A stretch of 54,131 nucleotides of DNA from assembly GCA_032718475.1 (NCBI GenBank), contig JAUCBJ010004832.1:1-54131 (forward strand), given 5' to 3'. The stretch comes from Nemertoderma westbladi (taxonomy: Eukaryota; Animalia; Xenacoelomorpha). Made by a program: the position numbers and the translations under genes. Shown in pieces: positions 12,873 through 26,581 of this stretch. The notes below the pieces were generated by a model. The model had not been told where the DNA came from. It searched no databases and was given only the letters and a program-made list of their open reading frames with translations. The stretch's first letter is position 1. Every line of letters starts with the position of its first letter.

Positions 12873-13358
12873 ATTAGTGAATACATTATGTTGAATTTGA
12901 TAGGTAAATGTTGATAAAGGATATTTGTGAATACATTATGTTGAATTTGATAGGTAAATGTTAATAAAGGATATTTGTGAATACATTATGTTGAATTTGA
13001 TAGGTAAATGTTGATAAAGGATATTTGTGAATACATTATGTTGAATTTTATAGGTAAATGTTGATAAAGGATATTTGTGAATACATTATGTTGAATTTGA
13101 TAGGTAAATGTTAATAAAGGATATTTGTGAATACATTATGTTGAATTTGATAGGTAAATGTTGATAAAGGATATTTGTGAATACATTATGTTGAATTTGA
13201 TAGGTAAATGTTGATAAAAGATATTTGTGAATACAAAAAGATATTTCTGAAAACATTATGTTGAATTTGATAGGTAAATGTTGATAAAGGATATTTGTGA
13301 ATACAGTATGTTGAATTTTATAGGTAAATGTTGGTAAATGTTGATAAAGGATATTTGT
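12873..13358. repeat. 50-bp satellite, right part (~9-10 copies)
   Basis: The same unit resumes in register after the LINE insertion. Confidence 0.95.
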
Positions 13359-15931
13359 AATATTCATATTTTAGATTGATTCTATATATATTGTTGATCT
13401 GGGGCGAGCCGCGCTATAAGTTACGCTAATAAGTCGGTCAATCTTTGATTAAATGGAACCAAACTTGTATATTCGATGTATATATGTATTAATTTATTAT
13501 ATATGTATTCTAAAGTATAGGCACAGACATACTTTCATAGTTCATCCGTCAGCCGCTAGGGGAATGTCCAGGTCCATAAATTTTACTGCTACGCAAAGGC
13601 TCAGCTATAGCTTTCGTACTACTGCGATTGCCAAACTTTGTGTATTACAGTACATTGAGTCATAAGCTCGGTACAGTGGCGTACATAACAATGTATAATA
13701 AGGTTGGTGCGCGAAAAAAAATGTTAAATTAGAAATATTCGAATGAGGGGTTACAAGGTGCCCTGAATCGGATGGCGGGGGGTGAGTATAGGAGGAAACG
13801 GTCGAAATGGCGGGTTAAGTAAGCCCGGGAAGCCAATTTTGAAAATCGGCTGTGATTGGCTGCTACCAGGCCCGGTGATCATAATATCTGGGGGGGGGGG
13901 GGGCAGAGGCCAAATCTGGGGGGGGGGGGCAAACCCTTAACTGGGTTTTTGGGGGGCATACAGCAAAGTGAGAGTTAATTTAGTACATAAAGTAAACTCA
14001 ATGTTGTTGAAGAGCGTGTGGGGCGAGCCACGAAGTTGGCGGAGCCTTGGCGAACTGACACTGTTAAAGGAGTATGTCAATAATGGCAAATAGTTGTTGA
14101 CGTAACAATTTCATTAACGTAACATTCAAATAACTTTTTCAGATTTAAAGCTGTCGAATTGAAAATTTGTAGGCATAAATATGTCCAAAACTTGACATTA
14201 TTTAGCGACTTTTTACATCAACAGTTCAGCAGTCTCCCGCTAGATTGCTACATGTCTAAGCATTAAATGTCCTCCCATTTCTTTGCTTTTAATCCGTTTC
14301 AGCGGAAACTTGGCAGAATTGTACTAGACCATTTGCTGTGTCATTTAATCTTTTTCTGAGATCTTAAATCGACTGCTGTTTTCCAGACTGCCTCTAGGTG
14401 TAAAGTGATCAAGGGACATCTGCTTAGATTTTGCTTAAATTTCTTTCGCGTTGACATTTACATAATTTATGTCACGTGCTGCGCGAAGGACCCACTTCAG
14501 GTATAATATGGTTAAGGTTAAGTTACAACAAATTATATATATGGATACCAGCGCAAGCAACCCTCAACACCTAGACTTTTAGATGCAAGCTGGCTCCCAA
14601 ATTACAGACAAATAGACAATGGGTCAACAACAAACAACCCATTGTAGCCAATGAGAGAACCTGGAGCTTTCTGGTATTTTTAGTAATTACAGGTAGGTAG
14701 CTTATTAATGTCATGTAGTATTATATAATTGGACCAAAATGGGATGGTGGGGAGTCAGGTCAGGCCTGTGGGCAGGAGTATGTGAATCCAATAATATTGA
14801 TCACTGGGGTCAACAACAACAATATTATTATTAATTAATTGTGAACAAGACGAATGAACAAGACATGTCTGGGGGGGCAGTGGGACTTGTCTGGTGGGGC
14901 AGTGCCCCCAAAGCCCCCCGCACGATACGGGCCTGGAGGGTAATGGAGGGTAATTTTCGATCCATTCAAATACACATTTAATCTGAATCATTTCATACGT
15001 GGCTTATACTGTACAATATCAATTGAAAACGAAGATTCTTGGGCGTCTTTTGACACTACATTTAATTAAATTCATGGATGAACAATCGTTAATGAACATG
15101 ATGAACTTTGATAAAATGCTGTTCACAATTGTAAACTCGGCAGATTGCCTGACCGTTATGCAAGCACTCAGCTTATTGCATTCGCAGTATTGCAGCTTAC
15201 TCCATTAAGTAGGGTAAACCTACCGACCGCTCTTACTCGATTCATGGCTCCTTGTTACAACTTATTCAATTGTTTCAATTCAAACTAGCCCAACAATTTT
15301 TTCTCGCACCGGCACCAACCTTGTTGAGCCACCTGTTTTAAAAAACGTTGCAGCCCCCTCCCCCAAATAATGAAACAACAAAGTTATTCAGCTTAAAGTA
15401 ATGGAAGTTTCCATCTTTATTATATCTTAGTTGCGGAGTCTGCATGTGCCATCTGTCGCCTATGCTAAGCTACCGGTACAGATATACTTTATTCATTATT
15501 ATACACGAATGGTATACTGATTAGTTTGTTTGTCAAGCTATATATTTCATGGGAATAATTATTCTTCTAAACGAATCAATTCCAATTGTCTAATTTATTT
15601 GCCTCAATCTCCAAACCCAGAGCCGCAGTCGGCGCACCTGCTATTCCTATATGTAAATTAGTAAATATATGAAGCGGATAGTTATTAGCTTAACTCACTC
15701 ATCCACCCCAAATCGCCCCACTTCAATTGCACTGATGATAAACTCTTTCGCAAATAGTTATCTTACAGGCGGTCCCTTAAAGCGGTCCCTTTCGGTCTAT
15801 AGAGTACTATCGTCGTTCCCCCAGATAGTGCAAAATTACAGTGGAATCTATGTGGGGGGAGCGATGTAGGTATATGAGCTTATTGTGAAATATAATTTGC
15901 GTGGGGGGACTCAGCAATACTCCATTGGAAC

Positions 15932-18900
15932 CTACCGGTTCCATGGTTCCGCTCTGTGACGAACTACCGGTTCCATGGTTCCGCTCTGTGACGAACTACC
16001 GGTTCCATGGTTCCGCTCTGCGACGAACTACCGGTTCCATTGTTCCGCTCTGCGACGAACTACCGGTTCCATGGTTCCGCTCTGCGACGAACTACCGGTT
16101 CAATGGTTCCGCTCTGCGACGAACTACCGGTTCCATGGTTCCGCTCTGTGACGAACTACCGGTTCAATGGTTCAGCTCTGTGACGAACTACCGGTTCCAT
16201 TGTTCCGCTCTGCGACGAACTACCGGTTCCATTGTTCCGCTCTGCGACGAACTACCGGTTCCATGGTTCCGCTCTGTGACGAACTACCGGTTCCATGGTT
16301 CCGCTCTGTGACGAACTACCGGTTCCATGGTTCCGCTCTGCGACGAACTACCGGTTCCATTGTTCCGCTCTGCGACGAACTACCGGTTCCATGGTTCCGC
16401 TCTGCGACGAACTACCGGTTCCATGGTTCCGCTCTGCGACGAACTACCGGTTCCATGGTTCCGCTCTGTGACGAACTACCGGTTCAATGGTTCAGCTCTG
16501 TGACGAACTACCGGTTCCATTGTTCCGCTCTGACGCGAACTACCGGTTCCATTGTTCCGCTCTGCGACGAACTACCGGTTCCATGGTTCCGCTCTGCGAC
16601 GAACTACCGGTTCCATGGTTCCGCTCTGTGACGAACTACCGGTTCAATGGTTCAGCTCTGTGACGAACTACCGGTTCCATTGTTCCGCTCTGCGACGAAC
16701 TACCGGTTCCATTGTTCCGCTCTGCGACGAACTACCGGTTCCATGGTTCCGCTCTGCGACGAACTACCGGTTCCATGGTTCCGCTCTGTGACGAACTACC
16801 GGTTCAATGGTTCAGCTCTGTGACGAACTACCGGTTCCATTGTTCAGCTCTGTGACGAACTACCGGTTCCATTGTTCCGCTCTGTGACGAACTACCGGTT
16901 CCATGGTTCCGCTCTGCGACGAACTACCGGTTCCATTGTTCCGCTCTGCGACGAACTACCGGTTCCATGGTTCCGCTCTGCGACGAACTACCGGTTCCAT
17001 GGTTCCGCTCTGTGACGAACTACCGGTTCAATGGTTCAGCTCTGTGACGAACTACCGGTTCCATTGTTCCGCTCTGCGACGAACTACCGGTTCCATTGTT
17101 CCGCTCTGCGACGAACTACCGGTTCCATGGTTCCGCTCTGTGACGAACTACCGGTTCAATGGTTCAGCTCTGTGACGAACTACCGGTTCCATTGTTCCGC
17201 TCTGCGACGAACTACCGGTTCCATGGTTCCGCTCTGTGACGAACAACCGGTTCCATGGTTCCGCTCTGCGACGAACTACCTGTTCCATGGTTCCGCTCTG
17301 CGACGAACTACCGGTTCCATGGTTCCGCTCTGCGACGAACTACCGCTACCGGTTCAATGGTTCCTCTCTGTGACGAACTACCGGTTCCATTGTTCCGCTC
17401 TGTGACGAACTACCTGTTCAATGGTTCCGGTCTGTGACGAACTACCGGTTCAATGGTTCCGCTCTTTGACGAACAACCGGTTCCATGGTTCCGCTCTGCG
17501 ACGAACTACCGGTTCCATGGTTCCGCTCTGCGACGAACTACCGCTACCGGTTCAATGGTTCCTCTCTGTGACGAACTACCGGTTCCATTGTTCCGCTCTG
17601 TGACGAACTACCTGTTCAATGGTTCCGGTCTGTGACGAACTACCGGTTCAATGGTTCCGCTCTTTGACGAACTACCGGTTCCATGGTTCCGCTCTTTGAC
17701 GAACTACCGGTTCCATGCTTCCGTTCTGTGACGAACTACCGGTTCAATGGTTCTGCTATGTGACGAACTACCGGTTCAATGGTTCTGCTCATTTGACGAA
17801 CTACCGCTACCGGTTCAATGGTTCTGCTCTGTGACGAACTACCCGTTCAATGGTTCTGCTCATTTGACGAACTACCGCTACCGGTTCAATGGTTCTGCTC
17901 TGTGACGAACTACCGGTTCAATGGTTCCGCTCTGTGATGAACTACCGGTTCAATGGTTCTGCTCTGTGACGAACTACCTGTTCCATTGTTCCGCTCTGTG
18001 ACGAACTACCGGTTCAATGGTTCCGCTCTGTGACGAACTACCGGTTCTATGGTTCTGCTCTGTGACGAACTACCGGTTCCATTGTTCCGATCTGTGACGA
18101 ACTACCGGTTCAATAGTTCCGCTCTGTGACGAACTACCGGTTCAATGGTTCCGCTCTATGACGAACTCCCGGTTCAATGGTTCCGCTCTGTGACGAACTA
18201 CCTGTTCAATGGTTCTTCTCTGTGACGAACTACCGGTTCAATGGTTCTGCTATGTGACGAACTACCGGTTCAATGGTTCTGCTATGTGACGAACTACCGG
18301 TTCAATGGTTCCGCTCTTTGACGAACTACCGGTTCCATTGTTCCGCTCTGTGACGAACTACCGGTTTAATGGTTCCGCTCTTTGACGAACTACCGGTTCA
18401 ATGGTTCTGCTCTGTGACGAACTACCGGTTCAATGGTTCCGCTCTGCGACGAACTACCGGTTCCATGGTTCTGCTATGTGACGAACTACTGGTTCAATGG
18501 TTCTGCTCTGTGACGAACTACCGGTTCAATGGTTCCGCTCTTTGACGAACTACCGGTTCAATGGTTCCGCTCTGTGACGAACTACCGGTTCCATGGTTCC
18601 GCTCTGTGACGAACTACCGGTTCAATGGTTCCGCTCTTTGACGAACTACCGGTTCAATGGTTCCGCTCTTTGACGAACTACCGGTTCAATGGTTCCGCTC
18701 TGTGACGAACTACCGGTCCAATGGTTCCGATCTGTGACGAACTACCGGTTCCATGGTTCCGCTCTGTGACGAACTACCGGTTCAATGGTTCTGCTATGTG
18801 ACGAACTACCGGTTCAATGGGTTCAATGGTTCCGCTCTGTAACGAACTACCGGTTCAATGGTTCTGCTCTGTGACGAACTATCGGTTCCATGGTTCCGCT

Positions 18901-19703
18901 CTGTAACGAACTACCGGTTCAATGGTTCTGCTCTGTGACGAACTATCGGTTCCATGGTTCCGCTCTGTGACGAACTACCGGTTCCATGGTTCTGCTCTGT
19001 GACGAACTACCGGTTCAATGGTTCCGCTCTGCGACGAACTACCGGTTCCATGGTTCTGCTATGTGACGAACTACTGGTTCAATGGTTCTGCTCTGTGACG
19101 AACTATCGGTTCCATGGTTCCGCTCTGTGACAAACTACCGGTTCAATGGTTCTGCTCTGTGACGAACTACCGGTTCAATGGTTCTGCTCTGTGACGAACT
19201 ACCGGTTCCATGGTTCCGCTCTGTGACGAACTACCGGTTCAATGGTTCTGCTCTGTGACGAACTACCGGTTCAATGGTTCTGCTCTGTGACGAACTACCG
19301 GTTCCATGTTTCCGCTCTGTGACTAACTACCTGTTCAATGGTTCCGCTCTGTGACGAACTACCGGTCCGGTTCCGCTCTGTGACGAACTACCAGTTCAAT
19401 GGTTCCGCTATATGACGAACTACCGGTTCAATGGTTCCGCTCTGTGACGAACTACCGGTTCAATGGTTCCGCTCTGTGACGAACTACCGGTTCAATGGTT
19501 CTGCTATGTGACGAACTACCGGTTCCATGTTTCCGCTCTGTGACGAACTACCTGTTCAATGGTTCCGCTCTGTGACGAACTACCGGTTCAATGGTTCTGC
19601 TATGTGACGAACTACCGGTTCCATGGTTCCGCTCTGTGACGAAATACCGGTTCAATGGTTCTGCTCTGTGACGAACTACCGGTTCAATGCTTCCGCCCTG
19701 TGA
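15932..19703. repeat. 32-bp satellite (CTACCGGTTCMATGGTTCCGCTCTGYGACGAA), roughly 115-120 copies
   Basis: Continuous tandem array without unique spacers; ORFs across it are repeat artefacts. Confidence 0.97.
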
Positions 19704-20534
19704 TGCTTCTACGGCGACTCTTGCTGCCCCAAGAGACATGAACATATACAGTATTTTAGCTGTATTGGTAAAATATATGTACATCTACAGTTAGTATCTA
19801 TTAGAAATAAAACGCCAACTTCACCGATTCCCATTAAGCTCAATTAAAAAGGTGGATGGATGAAAGTCAGGTAGAATCAGGATCCAGGTTTACACCCATT
19901 TAGATAGCGTACGTAATTAGGGCAGCCTAAGGGGAAGTGGGCCTCGTTCATTGTTAACGGGCTCCATTCGCCATTGTTCCTGCACAGCTGATCTGAATGA
20001 ACCATCTCTACAGAAGGAATAAATAGTCCTCATTAAATAAATTATTTACAGCCAATAAAAAATTAATAGGCCATTATGATACCCAACTTATCTAATTGAG
20101 ATTATATGAACATCGTCACGGAGATATTCGCGGAGCCTTGCATTGGCGCCGTTACCGGCAAGGCATGCCGGAATAAAAATATTAGTCGTATATAGTCGGA
20201 AATTGAAAGACAGAAAACGGAAGTCAGAAAATAATGAAGTGAGAAAAAGTAAAGGGCATTCAGGACAGATAGTAATTGTAAATCAGAAAAAGGAGTGAAG
20301 TCAGAACTGCGATGAGGTCAAAAAACGGTAGCAACAAAGTTTTCGAACTGACAACTCTTGGGGAGTTACAGCCATGAATGATGGCACATGGCATGACACT
20401 AATCCTCTCGATGGAGCCCACCATTCGCATTTAACAATGATAAGAGGCACCTCAGACTCTCCCACCAATACTAATAATTAATAAGGTTCTAAAGAAATTT
20501 TTTTAAATTTATTAGATTAGAACCTCATGATTTA

Positions 20535-20715
20535 GGGTTGGGCGTTGGGTTCTGACTAACTAACCATAACCAAAAAAATAAACCAATAAATCAAAGTTAA
20601 AGTGCTGTACGGATTGCTAGGCTACTACAATATTATTACTATACTGTGAGTGTATAGCGAGGGAGACATTCCGCGCGGGCGAGGGGGGGGGGGGGCATAT
20701 TCGTCTAGGACACCG
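20535..20715 (-). mobile_element. Partial inverted copy of the element at 34109-34472
   Basis: CTGACTAACTAACC..AAATAAACCAATAAATC.AAGTT.AAGTGCTGTACGG...poly-G..CTAGGACACCG is the reverse complement of ~34109-34265. Confidence 0.75.
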
Positions 20716-21014
20716 GCAGGTGAAATGCCAATTATACCAGTTGCTCTATTGTATGTAGCACTGTAGTTAATTTACTATCAGTATTGCCTTAGTGCCTTAT
20801 TAAAAATACTGTAGTCCGCCCTAGGCTGTTGGATTGCAATTGTACCGGTGCAGTAGCTGTAGGCAAAAAGGTTGGCTATATTGAAGGAAATAATTTATTC
20901 TTACAACACTACACAACATTACAACAATAATTAAGGATATTATCGTTATTAAATTTTCAATTAATTTAATATATTAATAAATTTATATCGTTATGATTAA
21001 TTTATTTTTAATTT

Positions 21015-21173
21015 AACGAAACAAAACGAAAAGTTGAAGGAAACGAAACACTTTTTATTTCGTTTTTCGTTTCGTTTAACAGTTTTTCGTTACATTATTT
21101 CTTCGTTTCATTATTATTGCCTAATATGCATCGTTTCGTTTCGTATCGTTTTCGTTTCGTTATGCCATCCCTG
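21015..21173. mobile_element. hAT-like element end with AAACG/CGTTT subterminal repeats
   Basis: Ends in CATCCCTG (reverse complement CAGGGATG, an Ac-type terminus) after clustered TTTCG/CGTTT motifs. Partner TIR not found. Confidence 0.5.
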
Positions 21174-21267
21174 GAAGTAAGTACTGTACGCAAAAAACTG
21201 AACATGGGACATCATCACATTATCTAAAATTAGATTCCATAATATTAAGCAGAAACGTAAAACATTA

Positions 21268-21583
21268 AGGCCCGTTCACATCCAACGGAACGGTACACCG
21301 CGCGGTGTACCGCAGGGCCAACGGCACACCGCTGACTGTGAACGACCCAACAGGTAGTTGTGCGCTAAACCGCGCGGTTTACCGCAGCCCATTTAAACAA
21401 TGTTAAATCAATTAATGTAATTTGCTGTTGAATTCACAGTTGACATATAGACAATCAGTTACCGCAACTGTACCGTTGGGTTGGGTGTGAACGGGAACGG
21501 GCTCCGGGTAGTGTACCGCTGGTTTACCGCTTCAATACCGCCAGACTACTTTACCGCTAGCACCGTTGGATGTGAACGGGGCT
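21268..21583. mobile_element. 316-bp PIF/Harbinger-like MITE
   Basis: TIRs AGGCCCGTTCACATCCAACGG / CCGTTGGATGTGAACGGGGCT. TTA flanks both ends (21265-21267 and 21584-21586). Confidence 0.88.
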
Positions 21584-22456
21584 TTAAGGGTGTAACTCTT
21601 ACGCCGACAACCGATAACCAAAGCCGGCAACCATTATTAAAGATAATTAAAGCTAATTATCAATTAAGGGAATAAAAGACAAGATCACAGTTTACAGTGC
21701 CATTTTTGTCATTATCGGCTGTCAATTGTTGGCGTGGCGATTCCACCCTACCTACCATTAATACAAATAAATACTGTAGCCCCAATTGTGTTACCAATTT
21801 CATCAGATGGCAGGTAAATACGCACTGCCCAACAATCGACAAAAGTGGACCACTAATTACAATTTATTGTTATGGAAATATTTATTATTTGAACTCCCTA
21901 GGAACTATGGTAGAGTGCAGAACGAACCAACGATATCTTTCCTGCTTTTAATAAACGTTATTGCGAAGATTAATCCGAGCGCCGAATCGAGTCGCAATGT
22001 CTTGCTATCATGCATTTATTATTAATTCAGTAATTACATACTGTATGCCGCCATTCAAATGTAGGTAAATTACATTTAGCGGAAATTGTTGTCGTGTTAA
22101 ATAGTCGGGAGGAACATGGGGGTGCAGCATAATCAAATGTAATAGATTGAGGTATTGTTCCCTGTCCCAGTCCCAATGGGTGGGATGAGCTTGTTGGACT
22201 TAACGATCGATATTTATGAGTGAATTCAACGCAATTACTAGCAAGTTTCGCTTGATAATGTTAAAACATTCTTGACCGTCATCATTGTCAAACATTTGTG
22301 ATGTTTAATCGTTTTGTCACAAAGTGTAAACTTTATCTATTATTAATTAATTATTGTAATATAATGTCCTCATACTATAATATTTATTTGGGTGTGTATT
22401 CATGATTTCCATTAAATTTATTGTGTAATTATCATGTAGACGACAGGGGGAAAATT

Positions 22457-22729
22457 GACGCAAATCACATCTCTAATATTTCGCCTCAATGGTAAATTAT
22501 CAATTAAGGGAAAGGAGCTCGTTACAGTGGCATCACGTTATTCTTCTAACCAAAATAATAAACTAAAGTCAACAGCTGATTACTCTCAAAAATAAAACCG
22601 TAACCTGTTCTATTGTGTTTTGTTTATTGTGTTGGTTAAAATGACGAGCCACTGTGACCTGCTCCTTTCCCTAAATTGAGAATTTAACATTGAGGCGGGA
22701 TATTAATTCGCCAAGGCGGGTTTTGCGTC
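22457..22729. repeat. ~270-bp fold-back (inverted ~105-bp arms) just upstream of KCTD
   Basis: GACGCAAATC...CGCCTCAATG.TAAATT.TCAATT.AGGGAAAGGAGC at 22457-22560, with its reverse complement at ~22620-22729. Confidence 0.75.
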
Positions 22730-22732
22730 GCG

Positions 22733-22764
<32 letters not shown>

Positions 22765-22857
22765 AGTTGATTTACACACTGGGTGTCAATAGTTATATTT
22801 GATTTCTATATATTAGCGAAATAAAAATTTGCTTAAATAAAATAATAATAATATAAT

Positions 22858-22877
22858 GTTTTTTTATTGCCTTTTAG
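22858..22877 (+). promoter_or_regulatory. Putative splice acceptor (5'UTR intron or trans-splice site) 24 nt before the KCTD ATG
   Basis: Polypyrimidine tract TTTTTTTATTGCCTTTTAG ends at 22877. Confidence 0.5.
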
Positions 22878-22901
22878 ACAATCTTATTAGTTGAAACAAA
22901 A

Positions 22902-23642
22902 ATGTCTTCGGATAGCGATACATTCCCTGCTGTGGTCGAGTTGAATGTAGGAGGTCAGTTTTACTCAACCGCCCTCTCCACTCTCGTCAAAGTACCAGAG
23001 AGTCTCCTCGGACAAATGTTTACCGCGAGCTCCAAAACTCCTCTCCTAAGGGACACTAGAGGGCGTTACTTTATCGACCGAGACGGGATGCTATTCCGTT
23101 ACATTCTCGATTACCTCCGCAACATGAGGCTGGTACTTCCGGACGACTTCCAAGAGAAGGAACGCCTTCGCGAAGAGGCGGAGTACTACAACCTCGCCGG
23201 ACTCGTTAAATCCATCGCCGAGAGCCATCATAAAGGCGTGGCCAATTCCATCGACGCACACGATGGATTCAGTCGGAACGGATACATCACGGTCGGCTAC
23301 CGAGGTACGTTCGCCTTCGGACGCGACGGTCTCGCCGACGTGCAGTTCCGCAAGTTGAACCGGATCCTCGTCAGTGGTCGGGTCGGTTTATGTCGTGAAG
23401 TCTTCAAGGATACGTTGAACGAGAGTCGCGATCCGGATCGCGGTATGTCCGATCGATACACCTCGAGGTACTTCCTCAAGCACACGTTCCTCGAGCAGAG
23501 CTTCGACCTGCTGCAGAGAGCCGGATACCGGATGGCCAGCTGCTGCGCCTCCGGAGTTAGCAATGTGGCCGGATCCGGGGAGATTGAGAGCGAAGAGATG
23601 AGATGGAATCATTACAACGAGTTCGTGTTTGTTCGCGAGTGA
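22902..23642 (+). CDS. BTB/POZ (T1) domain protein of the KCTD8/12/16 family (GABA-B receptor auxiliary subunit-like), 246 aa, single coding exon
   Basis: T1 domain VVELNVGGQFYST...RYFIDRDGMLFRYILDYLR...EAEYY. H1 domain GYITVGYRG...RILVSG...EVFKDTLNESRDPDR..RYTSRYFLKHTFLEQSFD. Not assignable to one vertebrate paralogue. Confidence 0.95.
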   Translation: MSSDSDTFPAVVELNVGGQFYSTALSTLVKVPESLLGQMFTASSKTPLLRDTRGRYFIDRDGMLFRYILDYLRNMRLVLPDDFQEKERLREEAEYYNLAGLVKSIAESHHKGVANSIDAHDGFSRNGYITVGYRGTFAFGRDGLADVQFRKLNRILVSGRVGLCREVFKDTLNESRDPDRGMSDRYTSRYFLKHTFLEQSFDLLQRAGYRMASCCASGVSNVAGSGEIESEEMRWNHYNEFVFVRE

Positions 23643-26581
23643 TAAACATCGTCATTTGTATATAATATTCAAGCTGGTTGATTTGGTTTGTTTTACATTA
23701 GAAAGTAGACAGCTGAGCTACTAAGAGCACAAGAGGCACAACTTACTAAAAAAAATTTCTCACCCTTTTAAGGTTCTGTATGTGCATACAGTATAATGCG
23801 TGATCTTTTATATAATTAATTATTACTGTGCAGTTTAATAAATTACGTCATAAAATTACATTTTATTCACTATTTCAAAATGTATCGGATTTTTTTGTTT
23901 TTACATTTCATAATTTATTCTAAAATTTTATACCTACCCCTTTTGCTTTGCTGGCAGTCTCAGCTTTCTATTTTTAACTAACACGGTTCATTCCGGCCAA
24001 AAATTAGAAGTGTTGGTGTTTTTTTATTTTTAAGTTGCGAAAAATGTTTAGACTTCATTTTATCATTAAATTCTGCTGAGGATTCAAAGTGCTATCCATC
24101 CAGTGCCATTGTAATTGTCATAAAAATAAGTTGAGGTACAGGTACACTTAATCAGTTTGCGATTAGTCTGAAAGGAACTTGTATAGAATATTAATGTGAA
24201 ATGTAGGGCCTAGTTGAATTACAGTAGTATCATAAAACTAACGATCTGATAATTAATGTAATTTTTAAAAAAAGACACGTATTTTGAATTTGAATGGCCC
24301 AATTTGTTAGTTAAATTTACACTTCTTATCAATAATTGTTGTTTATGTTTTAAACATTTTGATATATTTCATTACTTTGACTTTCACAAATCTAAGAAAC
24401 TAACACCAAACAGTAGAACTGTAAAAACTTTTTATCTGTTTATAAGTTTTGAATATTTCATTCCTCCATTGTGCCAATTATCAAACATTTATGGTAGATA
24501 GGTGTGTGCCACTAGTGCCAGTGTCACAATGTGTGGCACTGCTGCACCAGAGGGGAATTATATGCATGTGCTGGACATTTCAAATAAATAATTATGTATG
24601 CCGGTCATCACAAATTCGTCCTTAAAGTCTGTGGGCCTATAATATTATTTTGTTCATTATATAAGAAAAATACGCTGGTTAATTCAGTAATCATTTTCAT
24701 TTGGGAATTGGAAAACGAAGATTTACTTTCCCAATTAGCATTAAAATAAATGGCGTGTAATCATTGTTACTACAGTAGTACATTAATGCAGAAGAAACTA
24801 TGTGCTGTCGCGTGTCGACGTTATCATTCGCTGATTCGCATGCTTGTATGTAGGCCAATGTACATAATCGGGTACAGTACAGTAGTTTATGTCATCACAG
24901 TACAATCGATACCGGACCGGTACGATCACATTACGTAATTAATTCGTAGTTACTGTATTTAGTTATTGTTTATTTGATCATAATTATTAAAATCAATATT
25001 TTTTAGAAACGTGTTTCCCGCTACGTAAAATTTGCAAACCTTTTGTATTAAAAAATATTAACCACTCCACTTTGTCGTATAATTGTAGTTTTTCATCCTA
25101 ATTTACTATCCTACGTTTTTTTGCGCTCATTGTTACTAGTAGGTAGAGCAGGTGTTGTCTTTCTTTATCTGTAAATAATTAACGTAACACTATCAATAAA
25201 TAACATTTTAGATTTCACATCTGCTGTAGGACATGTCTGTTTATGTACTATTATCAAATTTCAATCAGGGGCGCGCTATAAATGTAGCAGAAAGTAATCA
25301 TACTGTATATACTGTAATGTAGCAGCAGCAGGCGAGAGCAGGCAACCATATGATAAATATTAAATATTAATTAACAATAACACATCTATAACTTTCCATT
25401 TTTTCAATTCTTCACCGTATTAATTACTTATATGTTCTCTCTCGCTCTGCGTAATAAAAAAATACGAATATTCTACAAATATTGTCATCATTATTTCCCT
25501 TCAACTCAAAGGAATAATATCCATATTTCACTTAAGGAAAGTGTAGCAAAATATATAACATAAATTATGCCTATTGAGTAAAAACTTCTGGTAGTTTGTT
25601 TTGCGGATTTTTGCACTGTACATGGTTGTTAGTCTCATTAAATCAGTTCAGAGTTTGTGAATGAAAACAATCAAATCAGTTGCATATAATAATTTATTAT
25701 TACTCTTGTTATTGTCTGATCGTTTCTATCCGGTACATTTGAGGCTTCATAAAGAAAGACGAGGCTCTACAATTATGGCCATTGTTAGTTTAGTTAAATT
25801 TAAATGATAATATCATAACAGCCATTCAATTCGCCAGCCACTTTAAACTTTGATTTCAAAATAATATAGTTCTTGGGTAGTTAGTTCCCTTAGCCCTGCT
25901 TTATTTATTATTATTATCGATATTTCCAACCCTATAAATCTCTTGTTGGTTGTAAGACTTCATTTATTTCGTAAATGTATCTGTTGTTATTAATATTTAC
26001 ACTTGATATTTGCAATTATTGTGAATTTGTGATATGCCTCACTCTCATAAATTATAATTTGAATAGTCAAACTATGTAATTAATTGTTGTTCCCATGGTT
26101 TACGTTTAAGATGGACACATTTTAAATCGATCTCATTATCACTATACCCAGACATTGCATCGCCATTACATATAACATTACACCATCACCCTTAATAACA
26201 TTACACCATCCACCCTTAATACACCAACCATTTTTAGCAAATCAGAGCCCCTCCCCCCTAATTTTTTAAAATTTTAATCATATGCTACGGAATTTGGAAG
26301 AATGAGTTCGACAAATTTTCTTACTGCTGGCAGAGCTGGATTTTTTAATTTATGAGCTATTTCGATACAACAAGCCGTTAAAAAGCGTCTATTTGGCAAT
26401 ATTTAGCCACCTCAATCGGCTTTATTTTTCTTTTCGTCTTTTGATTGTAATCTAGATATCATTAGAACCGCCTTAATTCCGAATTCCGAATTTCATTTGC
26501 AGATTCCGAATCTGAAAACTGTTTTAACTTTCACCAAAAATTCCCAAAGATATTATTAAATACAAAGGTGTCGATTTTGGA

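Noticed and set aside
13674-14935. hAT MITE from CAGTGGCGTA / CAGGCCCG / TACGGGCCTG-like ends
   Set aside because: The ends resemble hAT termini, but I could not pair them with matching TIRs and an 8-bp TSD.
15932-19703. CRISPR-like array (32-bp periodicity; also 50524-52193 and 47272-48582)
   Set aside because: Units are head-to-tail without unique spacers, there are no cas genes, and the context is eukaryotic.
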